A stretch of DNA of 44,518 bases from a bacterium (GCA_018812585.1 JAHJDJ010000312.1:1-44518); one strand, 5' to 3'; shown: positions 15,239-25,244, counted from the stretch's first letter. A program made the numbers and translations. The notes: a model not told the origin generated them from the sequence alone.

Positions 15239-17572
15239 ATGAGACGACTGAAGGATGTACTGGTTCTTTCCTTTATTATATGGATTGTGGCTGCAGGTCT
15301 GTTACAGGCGCAGGGCATCGCCTGGAAAAGGAAGGTGGACGCTTACTATGATGGATCGAAGATGGGCGTTTACCTGGGTGGCACAGAATACACGAAGCCG
15401 GTATTCGCAGACCTGGATCACGATGGCGATGGCGATCTATACGTCGGTGAGCATGACGGTTACTTAAACGTTTTCATCAATGAGGGTGGGTATCCGCCGA
15501 ATTTCAGTTGTTTGACAACGGCTTTAGACTCCTTCGACGTCGGAAAACATTGCGCCCCTCATTTCTGGGATATTGACCTCGACGGCGACCTCGATCTGTT
15601 CATGGGCAATGAGAATGGCAATATCTGGCATTATCGCAATGATGGCGATGCAGCCAATCCGGACTGGACGCTGGTTACTTCCACATTTATTGCTCCGTTA
15701 TTAGTCGACTATCATGCGATTCCCTTTTTCGCTGATCTGGACGCCGATGGAGACGATGACTTATTGGTGGGGCATAATGGCGGGGGCGCGGCACACTTTT
15801 TAAATGCAGGCAGTCCGGGCGCTCCAGCGTGGAGCGCGCAATCTTCTTTCTACGCCGGTCTGGACGTCGGCACGAAATCTTCGGTTTGCATCTTTGACGT
15901 GAGTGATGATAGTCTAAAAGACATTTTCATGGCCGGCGTCGAAGGTGAAATTCACTACTACCAGAATGACGGCCCCCCCGAAAATCCCACATACTCCTTC
16001 AGAGGGATAGTCTATGACGTGGGACATAACGGAACGCCCACCTTCTGCGATCTCGATGGAGATGGTGATCTCGACCTGGTTTCGGGTGAATCGGATGGAA
16101 ATCTTAACCACTTAACTAATATCGGCACTCCCGAAGCGCCGGATTGGGAGGAAACCTCGCGTCAGTTCGGGTATCTGGATTGCGGTTTCCGGTCAGTTCC
16201 TGCTCTGGCTGATTTAAATGATGATGGAGATCTGGATCTTTTCATCGGCCGGCTGCAGGGGGGAATCACCTTTCTGGAAAACGTAGGCACCCCGGATTCA
16301 GCAGCCTGGTTATTGCGCAATGAAACGTACGCTGGGTTGGATCTACCCGGTAAAGAGGCGGTGACGTTTTACGACCTTGATGGAGATGACGATCTGGATA
16401 TGGTGGTCGGTGACGCGGTGGGAACCCTGACCTATCTGGAAAACGGCGGAACACCGCAAGCGCCTGATTGGCAGCCGCCAGTTTACAACTATACCGGCAT
16501 CGACGTTGGCGGTGACGCTGTTCCGGTCTTGATTGATATCGATGCCGATGCTGATGCCGATCTGTTCATCGGCAGCTTTTCCGGCACCGTTCGATACTTG
16601 CGTAATGATGGCACGTCCAGCGCTCCAAACTGGAATGACATCGGCGACTTTCCGGGTATCGATGTGGGAAACTTCTCTACGCCGGCATTTGGAGACATCG
16701 ACGATGACGGAGATTATGATTTAATCAGCGGCAATGGCCCTCTCGCAGGATTTCTGGTATTTTACCGCAATATCGGCTCGGCTCTGTTTCCCTCTTTCAC
16801 GCTGGAAACCACTGCTATCAATGGTTGGGATTTCGGCGACCACAGTGCCCCTTGCCTGGGCGATCTGGACGGTGATACAGATCCCGATATGCTGGTCGGC
16901 TGCGAGGCTGGCGGTATCTGGTATTGGGAAAACCTGGGTGTGCTGCTCAATGTGACCCTGGCAATGCAGCCTTACGATCCTCCGGTTGTAATTCCTGCTG
17001 GCGGCGGGTCGTTTCTGTATGTATTAAGAGTTGAAAATCTCGAGGCGTTTGCCGCTCATTTTTTCATCTGGAGCAGCGCCACTTTTCCAGATGGTGTGAC
17101 AACTGTGCCAGTCGATACCTTCGAGATGACTCTGCAACCCGGCGCTATCAGTGATATCATTACGGTGGATATTCCCGGCGCATGGCCTGCAGGCGGCTAT
17201 GTCTTCGATGGAATTGTAGGTGAATCCAGCGATCTGATTTATAGCAGCGCCAGCTTCACTTTTGAAAAAGAAGATTCTGTCGGCGTGAAGGAGGAGACCG
17301 ATTTCCTGCCGGATGACTACAGCCTGACTCTATACCCCAATCCGTTCAATGCCGCGATCAACGCCAATCTCACTCTGCCGACCGTGAGCAACGTGGAACT
17401 ATCTCTTTATGACGTTTCCGGTCGGTTAATTGCGACGCTTGCTGACAGGTGGTTCACTTCAGGAACTCACCGCTTGCAGTTCGACGCTGGCAACCTCGCG
17501 GCAGGGGTTTATTTCCTGCATGCAGAGACAGTCGGCGGGCCATTGATCCAGAAATTAGTCTATTTGAAATAG
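15239..17572 (+). CDS. Secreted FG-GAP/VCBS-repeat protein with a T9SS-type C-terminal sorting domain (paralogue of 11883..13928)
   Basis: The ORF track opens at 15188. I prefer ATG 15239, which gives the signal peptide MRRLKDVLVLSFIIWIVAAGLLQAQG. It has many DxDxDGDxDL units. The C-terminus (LYPNPFNAAINANL...VELSLYDVSGRLIATL...AGVYFLHAET...KLVYLK) is a typical T9SS CTD. Confidence 0.85.
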   Translation: MRRLKDVLVLSFIIWIVAAGLLQAQGIAWKRKVDAYYDGSKMGVYLGGTEYTKPVFADLDHDGDGDLYVGEHDGYLNVFINEGGYPPNFSCLTTALDSFDVGKHCAPHFWDIDLDGDLDLFMGNENGNIWHYRNDGDAANPDWTLVTSTFIAPLLVDYHAIPFFADLDADGDDDLLVGHNGGGAAHFLNAGSPGAPAWSAQSSFYAGLDVGTKSSVCIFDVSDDSLKDIFMAGVEGEIHYYQNDGPPENPTYSFRGIVYDVGHNGTPTFCDLDGDGDLDLVSGESDGNLNHLTNIGTPEAPDWEETSRQFGYLDCGFRSVPALADLNDDGDLDLFIGRLQGGITFLENVGTPDSAAWLLRNETYAGLDLPGKEAVTFYDLDGDDDLDMVVGDAVGTLTYLENGGTPQAPDWQPPVYNYTGIDVGGDAVPVLIDIDADADADLFIGSFSGTVRYLRNDGTSSAPNWNDIGDFPGIDVGNFSTPAFGDIDDDGDYDLISGNGPLAGFLVFYRNIGSALFPSFTLETTAINGWDFGDHSAPCLGDLDGDTDPDMLVGCEAGGIWYWENLGVLLNVTLAMQPYDPPVVIPAGGGSFLYVLRVENLEAFAAHFFIWSSATFPDGVTTVPVDTFEMTLQPGAISDIITVDIPGAWPAGGYVFDGIVGESSDLIYSSASFTFEKEDSVGVKEETDFLPDDYSLTLYPNPFNAAINANLTLPTVSNVELSLYDVSGRLIATLADRWFTSGTHRLQFDAGNLAAGVYFLHAETVGGPLIQKLVYLK

Positions 17573-17614
17573 ATTGCTGACACAGGATCTATCGAGAGGT
17601 TCTAAAGGTTTCTC

Positions 17615-17643
17615 TTGAAAATCGATCAAAATAGTTGTATATT
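17615..17643 (+). promoter_or_regulatory. Sigma-70-like promoter upstream of the TPR gene
   Basis: TTGAAA (17615-17620), a 17-nt spacer, then TATATT (17638-17643). Pattern only. Confidence 0.4.
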
Positions 17644-17675
17644 AGTGCTTTCCATTAATACATGATGAGGTCAAG

Positions 17676-18362
17676 ATGGCTAAGGGCATCAATCCAGTCA
17701 AGCGAATTTCCAAGAAAGAGATTAAAGAAGATAAATTAGTCACTACTTATTTCGAAGCCAGGAATTACTGGAAACAGAATTACCTGAATATCCTGAAGAT
17801 TGGTGGAGCGGTTTTAGCCCTGATTATTCTGGTATCGTTCTGGACTTCATCGAAGCGGAGTTCTGAGTATACAGCTTCTTACGAACTTGGAATTGCCATG
17901 ATGAAATCAAGTCAGGGGAATCCCGCTATAGCGGCTGATGAACTGGAGCAAGTTGCTGACCGTTTCAGCGGCACTGCCGCGGGTAATGAAGCATTGCTCT
18001 TCGTCGCACAGACCAAAAGACTGGCGGACCAGAACGAAGAGGCGCTAGCGGCCTACGAGACCTACATTAAGAAAGGTCGTAAAGATGATTATCTTTATCC
18101 AGCAGCTCTTTTAGGCAGGGCGGCTTGCCTGGAAGATATGGGGAACTTTGAAACCGCGGCAGAGGTTTATCTCGCGGCCGCATCTGCCAACCGCGATCTT
18201 TTCGTCGCACCGCGCTTCCATGTTGACGCCGCTCGCTGCTTCCGGCTTGCCGGGTTAGCAGAAAAAGCGAAACAAAACGCACAATACGTTCTTGATAATT
18301 ATCCTGACTCTCCATTCGCGCAGGAAGCAGAAAAAGAGAGTAAAAGGTTCCTCGGTTTGTAA
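17676..18362 (+). CDS. Membrane-anchored tetratricopeptide-repeat protein (YfgM-like architecture)
   Basis: 228 aa. It has a basic N-terminus, one TM segment (ILKIGGAVLALIILVSFW), then TPR-like helical repeats. Confidence 0.75.
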   Translation: MAKGINPVKRISKKEIKEDKLVTTYFEARNYWKQNYLNILKIGGAVLALIILVSFWTSSKRSSEYTASYELGIAMMKSSQGNPAIAADELEQVADRFSGTAAGNEALLFVAQTKRLADQNEEALAAYETYIKKGRKDDYLYPAALLGRAACLEDMGNFETAAEVYLAAASANRDLFVAPRFHVDAARCFRLAGLAEKAKQNAQYVLDNYPDSPFAQEAEKESKRFLGL

Positions 18363-18471
18363 TGGTTCAGCGTTTTCCAAAATCGAGGCGAGGTAATTAA
18401 AGTGTAATCATTTCCAAATTTATGGAAATAATTCCTTGATTTTGGCACAATAAATTCTTATCTTCTTGCTG

Positions 18472-18500
18472 AAAGTGGGTCAAAATGCCCCACTTTTTTG
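18472..18500 (+). terminator. Rho-independent terminator after the TPR gene
   Basis: AAAGTGGG (18472-18479), a 9-nt loop, then CCCACTTT (18489-18496), running into a T-tract. It lies inside the 5' extension of the ORF-track rimP frame, which argues for a later rimP start. Confidence 0.6.
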
Positions 18501-18519
18501 TTTCACTTGGGGTAAGTTA

Positions 18520-18966
18520 TTGGAATCTTTGGAGTTAGAAAAGCGGATTTCTGAGTTCGCCTTAAGCATGGGATTACGTTTAATCAGCGTACATATGACT
18601 TCCCTGCGAAAGAAATTTCAGATTCGCATCCTTGCTGACGCTGAAGATCATAATATAACGATAGCTGAATGCGCTGCATTATCGCGCACCGCGGGCGATT
18701 TTCTGGACAGTTATCCCCACGAATTTCCTGATTATAAGCTGGAAGTATCTTCCCCGGGATTGAACACTGCGTTAAAAGATTGGCAAGTCAAGAAAAATAT
18801 CGGGCACAAGGTCACTGTGAAATACCGTGCAGACGGCAAGCATCAGCGGATAGAAGGAACCTTGAACCATTATGAAAACGGCACGGTCGTCATTTCAACT
18901 GAAAGTCAGGAGCAGCATTTCGAGTTGAAGACGATCGAAGGCTTATATGTTCAACCTGAATTTTAG
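18520..18966 (+). CDS. rimP: Ribosome maturation factor RimP
   Basis: The LEVSSPGL motif and overall layout fit RimP, and the gene sits directly upstream of nusA. The start is uncertain: TTG 18520 or 18529, or ATG 18568. The ORF-track start at 18466 would include the upstream terminator. Confidence 0.8.
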   Translation: MESLELEKRISEFALSMGLRLISVHMTSLRKKFQIRILADAEDHNITIAECAALSRTAGDFLDSYPHEFPDYKLEVSSPGLNTALKDWQVKKNIGHKVTVKYRADGKHQRIEGTLNHYENGTVVISTESQEQHFELKTIEGLYVQPEF

Positions 18967-19042
18967 TGATCGTCATGTTAGATCAGACACCCTTAATTCA
19001 AATCTTAGAGTAAAATGCAATGGTCAGTAGAGGAACAAGGCA

Positions 19043-20275
19043 GTGAATCATGAGATTGTAGACGCCATATCACAACTGCTTCGCGAAAAGAAGATCGAGA
19101 AGCACGCCTTTCAGGAGATAATCGAAAATGTATTCCTTTCTCTTCTGAAGAAGAAATTAGGCACGTCAGATAACTTCGACGTCATTTTCAATCTCGAGAA
19201 GGGCGACATTGAAATATACTGCGAAAAAGAGATTGTGGAAGACGGCGAAGTTGAGGATCCTATTCTGCAGATTCCTCTATCTCAAGCTAAAAAGCTTGAC
19301 GCCGATGTTGAAGTAGGCGAAGATTTCGTGGAAATTATCGACTACAGAACATTCGGGAGACGCCTGGTCACCTCTGCAAAGCAGAATCTGTCACAAAAGA
19401 TCAAAGAGGTTGAAAAGGATAACATCTTCAACGAATACAGAGACCGGATTGGAGAGATAGTTTTAGGTGACGTTCACCAGGTAAACCGCAACGAGTTTCG
19501 CATCAACGTCGATAAGACCGAGGTAATCATGCCTCGTGGGGAAGCGATTTACAATGAGCGTTACCGCCGCGGCGATACCGTTCGCGCCATCATTAAATCG
19601 GTGTCGCGCACCCCGAAAGAACCGCAGATTATTGTCAGCCGCGCCGATCTCAGCTTCGTGCGCCGCCTATTTGAACTGGAAGTGCCTGAAATATTTGATA
19701 ATATCGTCGAAATCCGCAAGATCGTCCGCGCCCCAGGTGAACGGACCAAGATCGCGGTTGAATCCAATGATAAACGGATTGATCCGGTGGGCGCCTGCGT
19801 GGGATTAAAAGGCGTCCGCATTCAGGCTATCGTGCGGGAACTGAATAACGAAAAAATCGACATCATCCATTGGACCGAAGAGCGCAGCTTAATGATTCAT
19901 CGCGCTTTAGCGCCGGTAACACCGCTGGAACTTATTCCTGATAAAGAGAATAATCGCGTAATTGTAGTGGTACCTGATGAACAGATGTCTATGGCAATTG
20001 GCCGCCGCGGTCAAAATATAAAATTAGCTTCACAGTTAGTCGGCGTAGATCTGGAACCGATTAAAGAGTCTGAGTTCTACGAAGAGGAAGAGCTGGTTCT
20101 AGACGATGTGGAAGGGTTGACGCCCTCTGTCATCGGGAAACTGAAAGCTGCTGGTTATACCAATGCGGAGCAGATTCTCGATGCCGGTAGAGAGAAATTA
20201 ATGGAAGTGCACGGCATAGGCGCTAATACAGCTGATAAGATTATAGAGCTTCTGTCTGCCTACTACGAAGACTGA
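19043..20275 (+). CDS. nusA: Transcription termination/antitermination factor NusA
   Basis: 410 aa with a GTG start. The S1 and KH regions are recognisable (DPVGACVGLKGVRIQAIVRELNNEKIDII, AIGRRGQNIKLASQL). Confidence 0.95.
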   Translation: MNHEIVDAISQLLREKKIEKHAFQEIIENVFLSLLKKKLGTSDNFDVIFNLEKGDIEIYCEKEIVEDGEVEDPILQIPLSQAKKLDADVEVGEDFVEIIDYRTFGRRLVTSAKQNLSQKIKEVEKDNIFNEYRDRIGEIVLGDVHQVNRNEFRINVDKTEVIMPRGEAIYNERYRRGDTVRAIIKSVSRTPKEPQIIVSRADLSFVRRLFELEVPEIFDNIVEIRKIVRAPGERTKIAVESNDKRIDPVGACVGLKGVRIQAIVRELNNEKIDIIHWTEERSLMIHRALAPVTPLELIPDKENNRVIVVVPDEQMSMAIGRRGQNIKLASQLVGVDLEPIKESEFYEEEELVLDDVEGLTPSVIGKLKAAGYTNAEQILDAGREKLMEVHGIGANTADKIIELLSAYYED

Positions 20276-20302
20276 TAGTCCCAAGATTAGAGTGAGGTTC
20301 GG

Positions 20303-23185
20303 TTGGCGAAGTATAAAATCTACAAAATAGCCAAAGAACTAAATTTAGCGAGTCCCACCATCATCGAATTCCTGCAGCAGATGGACATCGATGTTACCAA
20401 GGGGCACATGAGCGCTATTCCAGAGGAAACGTATCTCGAGATCGTCAAGAAATTTGACCGAACTCTATGGCATTCTCTGCAAGAAAAGCAGAAGGATGAG
20501 GTCTTTGAGAAGCAGAAGAGAGCAGAACGCGCCCGTGATGAAGAACTCAAGAAAATACTCGATGACAAGTCCGAAATTACGAGACCCGAAGAGGAAAGCG
20601 TAGAGGCAGAAGAGACTGTTGCAGAACCAGCAGTTCCTGAAGAAGAACCGGAAGAAGTCGTCGTTGAAGCTGCAGAGGCGGTTCCAGAAGTCGAGGAAAA
20701 AGCTGCCAAGCAGGAAAAAGTTGTCGAATCGGAAGCGGCTGCAGTAAAGCAGGTCGTTGAAAAGGCTAAGGCTCTGAAGGCGAAGAAGAAAGCTGCCGCT
20801 GAGATCCAAAAAGCAGATGCCGAAGCAAAAAAAGCTGAAGCGCCGATTGCTGAAGCTAAAGTAGAAGAGAAGCTTAAAGTCAAGGCTGACGTAGCTGAAA
20901 AAGAGAAACCCAAAGAGGCTAAGGAAGAAAAATCCGCCAAGGATAAAGCAAAAAGCAAAGGCCGCAAAGGTCCTGAACCAGGTACGTTCGAAGCGATGAT
21001 GGTCGATGCCCAGCGTGATACGATGGTTGAGCGGGCGAGAGAATTAAAGCGAGCTCAGGATGCCGATGAGCTGGGCGATCCCATAGAAGCCGCCGATGCT
21101 GCTTCCCAAAAACGTCGCAAACGCAAAAAGGGAGATGAATCGGCCGAAGAAGTCGCCGTTAAGAAGGCCGTCGAAAGAGCACAAAAGGCTGCTGAAGACC
21201 GGAAGCGTAACAAAAAGCCGGTTGCCGCATCGCCGACTGCCACAGATACAGATAAAGAGAGCGCCAAAAAGAAGAAACGACGCCGTAAGAAAAAGAAAAA
21301 GGTCGACCAGAAAGTCGTGGATGCTTCCATTAAGCAGACCCTGGCTTCGATGGAAGAAAAGAAGCCGAAGAAGCGGAAGCGTAGGGTCCAAGACTCCGGC
21401 GAAATGTATGAGGATGAAAACGTCCTCAAGGTCATGGAGTTCATTCCGACCAACGAGCTGGCAGGATTGCTGGATGTGCCGGTCAGCGAATTGATTCGCA
21501 AATGCCTCGACATGAGCCTGATCGTAACCATTAACCAGCGTCTTGACAAAGACACCATGGAACTGCTGGCCGAAGAATATGGCTACGAAATCGAATTCCA
21601 GAGCGAGTTTGAAGGCACTGACATCGCTGAGGAAGAAGAGCTGGATGAGATTCTGGACGATGCGAAAGATCTGGTGAAACGCCCGCCGGTCGTGACCATC
21701 ATGGGACATGTCGATCATGGGAAAACGTCGCTCTTGGACTACCTCAGAAAATCGAATATCATCGCAGGTGAATCGGGCGGTATAACTCAGCACATTGGCG
21801 CTTATTCGGTCAACTACAACGACAATCCGATAACCTTCCTGGATACCCCGGGTCATGAAGCTTTTACCGCTATGCGCGCACGCGGCGCTCAGGTAACGGA
21901 CCTGGTCGTTCTGGTGGTGGCAGCAGATGATCACGTCATGCCGCAAACCCTGGAAGCGATTAACCATGCCAGGGCTGCCAGTGTCCCGATCGTCATCGCC
22001 ATCAACAAAATTGATAAACCGACCGCAGATCCTGAACGCATACGCCGCGAACTTTCTGAAAGGGATATCCTGGTGGAAGACTGGGGCGGCACTTACCAGT
22101 GCGCTGAAATCTCAGCAAAGAAAGGCACTGGCGTCGAAAATCTGCTGGAAGAAATTATTTTAGCGGCGGAAATGTTAGACCTTAAAGCTAATCCTAACCG
22201 CAAAGCGCGTGGGATTATTATAGAATCCCGGCTGGATCGGGGACGAGGTCCACTGGCTACAGTGCTGATTCAGACCGGCACACTGAAGACCGGCGATAAA
22301 TTTGTAGGCGGCGCTCATGCAGGTCGAGTCAAAGCGATGTTTGACGAAAGAGGAAACAAGCTGGATAACGTCCTTCCCGGGTATCCGATTCAGCTTTTAG
22401 GTTTCGATGGCACACCGCAGGCTGGTGAAACAGTCATTGTTATGGATAGCGAAAAAGACGTCAAATCTGTTTCCGGAAAACGGCAGGCTCTGCAGCGTGC
22501 ACAGGCCTTTAAGCAGATTCGTGCGCTCAGTCTGGAATCTTTATCAAAGCAGATTAAAGACGGAGAAGTAAGCGAGCTGCCGCTGATTATCAAGGGCGAC
22601 GTAAACGGTTCTGTTGAAGCCTTGAGTGATGCGTTGATGAAGCTCAATTCCGATGAAGTGCGCGTAAATATCATCCATCGCGGCGTCGGCGCTATTACCG
22701 AACATGACGTCAACCTCGCTGCAGCTTCCTCGGCTCTGATTATCGGCTTCATGGTGCATCCGAATTTGAAGGCGAAAGAAAAAGCATCAAATGAACATGT
22801 TGAAATTCGGATTTACCGTATTATCTACGACGTCATTAACGATGTCAAAGCTGCTCTGGAAGGGATGCTGGCGCCTGATATCAGCGAGAACAACATCGGC
22901 ACGCTGCAAGTACGCCAGACCTTTAAAGTACCGAAAATGGGCCTTATCGCAGGGTGTCACGTACAGGCTGGTAAAATTGAGCGTCACAGTAAAGTGCGCC
23001 TGATTCGCGATGGTCAGGAAATATATGAAGGCCGCATACACTCTCTGAAGCGCTTCAAAGAAGACGTCAAAGAGGTTACAGAAGGTTATGAATGCGGTGT
23101 CGGCATCGAAAACTTTAACGACGTCAAGGTTGAAGACGTCATTGAAGTGTACGAACTCGTCGAAACCAAGAGAAAGTTAGCATGA
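20303..23185 (+). CDS. infB: Translation initiation factor IF-2
   Basis: 960 aa. TTG start with a GAGG upstream. It has a long Lys/Glu/Ala-rich N-terminal region and a GTPase domain (GHVDHGKTSLLD, DTPGHEAF, NKID). Confidence 0.95.
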   Translation: MAKYKIYKIAKELNLASPTIIEFLQQMDIDVTKGHMSAIPEETYLEIVKKFDRTLWHSLQEKQKDEVFEKQKRAERARDEELKKILDDKSEITRPEEESVEAEETVAEPAVPEEEPEEVVVEAAEAVPEVEEKAAKQEKVVESEAAAVKQVVEKAKALKAKKKAAAEIQKADAEAKKAEAPIAEAKVEEKLKVKADVAEKEKPKEAKEEKSAKDKAKSKGRKGPEPGTFEAMMVDAQRDTMVERARELKRAQDADELGDPIEAADAASQKRRKRKKGDESAEEVAVKKAVERAQKAAEDRKRNKKPVAASPTATDTDKESAKKKKRRRKKKKKVDQKVVDASIKQTLASMEEKKPKKRKRRVQDSGEMYEDENVLKVMEFIPTNELAGLLDVPVSELIRKCLDMSLIVTINQRLDKDTMELLAEEYGYEIEFQSEFEGTDIAEEEELDEILDDAKDLVKRPPVVTIMGHVDHGKTSLLDYLRKSNIIAGESGGITQHIGAYSVNYNDNPITFLDTPGHEAFTAMRARGAQVTDLVVLVVAADDHVMPQTLEAINHARAASVPIVIAINKIDKPTADPERIRRELSERDILVEDWGGTYQCAEISAKKGTGVENLLEEIILAAEMLDLKANPNRKARGIIIESRLDRGRGPLATVLIQTGTLKTGDKFVGGAHAGRVKAMFDERGNKLDNVLPGYPIQLLGFDGTPQAGETVIVMDSEKDVKSVSGKRQALQRAQAFKQIRALSLESLSKQIKDGEVSELPLIIKGDVNGSVEALSDALMKLNSDEVRVNIIHRGVGAITEHDVNLAAASSALIIGFMVHPNLKAKEKASNEHVEIRIYRIIYDVINDVKAALEGMLAPDISENNIGTLQVRQTFKVPKMGLIAGCHVQAGKIERHSKVRLIRDGQEIYEGRIHSLKRFKEDVKEVTEGYECGVGIENFNDVKVEDVIEVYELVETKRKLA

Positions 23186-23574
23186 GTCGCAGACGCTGGG
23201 GTGACCCATTAGCAAAAAATCCTGGACGACGCCAAGCAAGGATCAATGATCTGCTGCGACGCGCCATTGGCGATATCCTGCTTTTCCGTTTCTCGGAAGA
23301 TCTGAAAGCTATGACGACGGTAACTGAAATCCGCACCTCCAGCGACTTACGGCACGCCAGAGTTTATGTCGCCGTGTTAGGCGATAAAGATGTTCAGGCC
23401 GATACGATAAATATACTACAGCAGAAACGCGGAGAGATTCGCGATTACCTGGCCCGTGAAGTTGTGTTGAAATATCTGCCTTCAGTGGAATTCCTGATAG
23501 ACGAATCGGCTGAAAAAGCCGCGCGGATCGAAGAGCTATTAAACCGGAATCAGGATCGCAGTGATGAAGCCTGA
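23182..23574 (+). CDS. rbfA: Ribosome-binding factor A
   Basis: 130 aa. Its ATG overlaps the infB stop (ATGA). Position and sequence are typical of RbfA (VTEIRTSSDLRHARVYV). Confidence 0.9.
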   Translation: MSRRRWGDPLAKNPGRRQARINDLLRRAIGDILLFRFSEDLKAMTTVTEIRTSSDLRHARVYVAVLGDKDVQADTINILQQKRGEIRDYLAREVVLKYLPSVEFLIDESAEKAARIEELLNRNQDRSDEA

Positions 23575-24538
23575 GATGATACGAACGCAGGCTGAGAAGT
23601 TCCTTGAAAGTGTCAAGCAGCAGCAACGCATCCTGGTCACGACTCATGTGTCTCCAGATGGAGATGCGATTGCTTCACTGCTTGCAGCGGCAAAGATGAT
23701 TCATTTAATGGGATCGCAGGCTATTTGTTTTCTGGATGGCGGCATTCCTTCGCATCTTGTATTTTTACCAGGGTCGGGTGAGATTATCACATCTTTTGAT
23801 AATGCGCCAGAGAATTTTGATGCGGTGCTGGCAGTCGACGCTGCTACTTTAGAACGCATTGGTGATACCGCAAAGCTGATTCAACCTGGTCAGCCAATTA
23901 TAAATATCGATCATCATGCCGACAATCCTGAATATGGTCATTTAAACATTATTTTCCCTGAGGCTGCTTCAACGACGGAAATTCTTTTCCAGATCGCAGT
24001 CACACTTAATCTGCCGATCGATAAAGATTTAGCGACGCTGCTATACACTGGATTGGTTACTGATACAGGCGGTTTCCGCTACTCAAATACGTCCGCTCGC
24101 GCATTTCAAGCGGCTTGTGATCTGACCCAGAGGGGCGCAAACCCGAACCAGATTGCAGAGGCAGTTTTCGCCAGTAATACCGAATCCAGCATACGTATGC
24201 TGACCAACGCTCTATCAAATCTGGATATTTGCCACCACGGGCAAATCGCCACGATGTCGGTCGATACAGTCGAAGGCCGGGAAGAACCGGAAGATCTGGC
24301 TGAATATCCTTTGCGGGTTCGTGGTGTCGTTGCCTGTGCCCTGTTCCGTAAAAAGGATGGCAAAACCCGTGTATCGCTGCGCTCCCGGGGCGCGGTATCA
24401 GTATCGGATATCGCCCACACGTTTGGCGGCGGTGGGCACCCCAACGCTGCCGGGTTCACGGTTGCAGAGGAGATCGATACGGTTCGTCCCAGAGTTATTG
24501 AAGCGCTGCGGCAGGAAGTTGAAAAATCCACTTTCTGA
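23561..24538 (+). CDS. nrnA: DHH/DHHA1 phosphoesterase (NrnA-like oligoribonuclease / pAp phosphatase)
   Basis: 325 aa. It has HVSPDGDA, NIDHHADN and the DHHA1 motif GGGGHPNAAG. The start is GTG 23561 or ATG 23564 and overlaps the end of rbfA. Confidence 0.85.
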   Translation: MMKPEMIRTQAEKFLESVKQQQRILVTTHVSPDGDAIASLLAAAKMIHLMGSQAICFLDGGIPSHLVFLPGSGEIITSFDNAPENFDAVLAVDAATLERIGDTAKLIQPGQPIINIDHHADNPEYGHLNIIFPEAASTTEILFQIAVTLNLPIDKDLATLLYTGLVTDTGGFRYSNTSARAFQAACDLTQRGANPNQIAEAVFASNTESSIRMLTNALSNLDICHHGQIATMSVDTVEGREEPEDLAEYPLRVRGVVACALFRKKDGKTRVSLRSRGAVSVSDIAHTFGGGGHPNAAGFTVAEEIDTVRPRVIEALRQEVEKSTF

Positions 24539-25244
24539 ACCTTTAAAGAGCAGCGATTCACTGACCGGTGTCGATTTTGAAGCCGGTGCGATTCTGCTGA
24601 TTGACAAACCTGCCGGTGTGACCTCATTTGCGGTAGTCAACCGCGTGCGGAGGCTGTTGCGCGTTAAAAAGGTCGGACATGCTGGAACGCTCGATCCTGC
24701 CGCCACGGGACTGCTGATCCTGCTGACCGGTAAACACACCAAGCATCAGGATCAATTCATGGGGCAGGACAAGGTGTACCGAGCCACCGTGCTGTTCGGT
24801 ATAGAGACCGATTCTGCCGATCTGGATGGCAATATAATTGCAGAACATCCAGTGCCAGAGCTGCAGCAGAAAGATATCGAAGCGATACTGGAATCCCAGT
24901 TCAGCGGAGAATTTGATCAGGTTCCCCCAGCTTTTTCGGCCATTAAAGTCGATGGCGTGCGCAGCTATAAAAGAGCGCGCCAGGGGAAACTGGTGGCCTT
25001 GAAATCACGGCGAGTGACTCTGCACCGGTCAGAGATTATAGCCTGGCAAGCGCCGGAAGTGGTCATTGATTTGCACTGTTCTTCAGGTTTTTATGTTCGT
25101 TCCCTGGCTTCAGATCTGGGACGGAAAGTTGGCTGTGGCGCGGCTTTGAAACGGTTAATCCGCACCAGTATTGGTGAATTTAAGCTTGAAGATGCTTTCG
25201 ATCTGGACGAACTCGCGGAAAAAATTCGAATATGTCGAATCTGA
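24519..25244 (+). CDS. truB: tRNA pseudouridine-55 synthase TruB (start uncertain)
   Basis: It has LLIDKPAGVTSF and HAGTLDPAATGLL with the catalytic Asp. There is no ATG or GTG between the nrnA stop (24536-24538) and the conserved core. In-frame TTG codons lie at 24498 and 24519, inside the nrnA 3' end. The ORF-track start at 24321 is an artefact of the open frame. Confidence 0.8.
   Translation: MKNPLSEPLKSSDSLTGVDFEAGAILLIDKPAGVTSFAVVNRVRRLLRVKKVGHAGTLDPAATGLLILLTGKHTKHQDQFMGQDKVYRATVLFGIETDSADLDGNIIAEHPVPELQQKDIEAILESQFSGEFDQVPPAFSAIKVDGVRSYKRARQGKLVALKSRRVTLHRSEIIAWQAPEVVIDLHCSSGFYVRSLASDLGRKVGCGAALKRLIRTSIGEFKLEDAFDLDELAEKIRICRI

Noticed and set aside
20560-21400. Highly repetitive-looking GAA/AAG-rich DNA that could be mistaken for a repeat element.
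   Set aside because: It is the charged low-complexity linker of IF-2 (…KKKRRRKKKKK…), which is common in IF-2 N-termini and is not a mobile or tandem repeat.
20320-21967. Long minus-strand ORFs (215 aa, 307 aa and others) opposite the 5' half of infB.
   Set aside because: These are antisense shadows of the Lys/Glu/Ala-rich, purine-biased IF-2 N-terminal region. The translations are Ser/Phe/Leu low-complexity. The infB frame is unambiguous.
24321-24518. ORF-track long forms of truB (start 24321), the M16 peptidase (28641), pnp (26552), rimP (18466) and the FG-GAP genes (11841, 15188).
   Set aside because: The upstream extensions overlap the preceding gene or a terminator and lack conserved sequence. 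Downstream starts with an RBS or signal peptide fit better.
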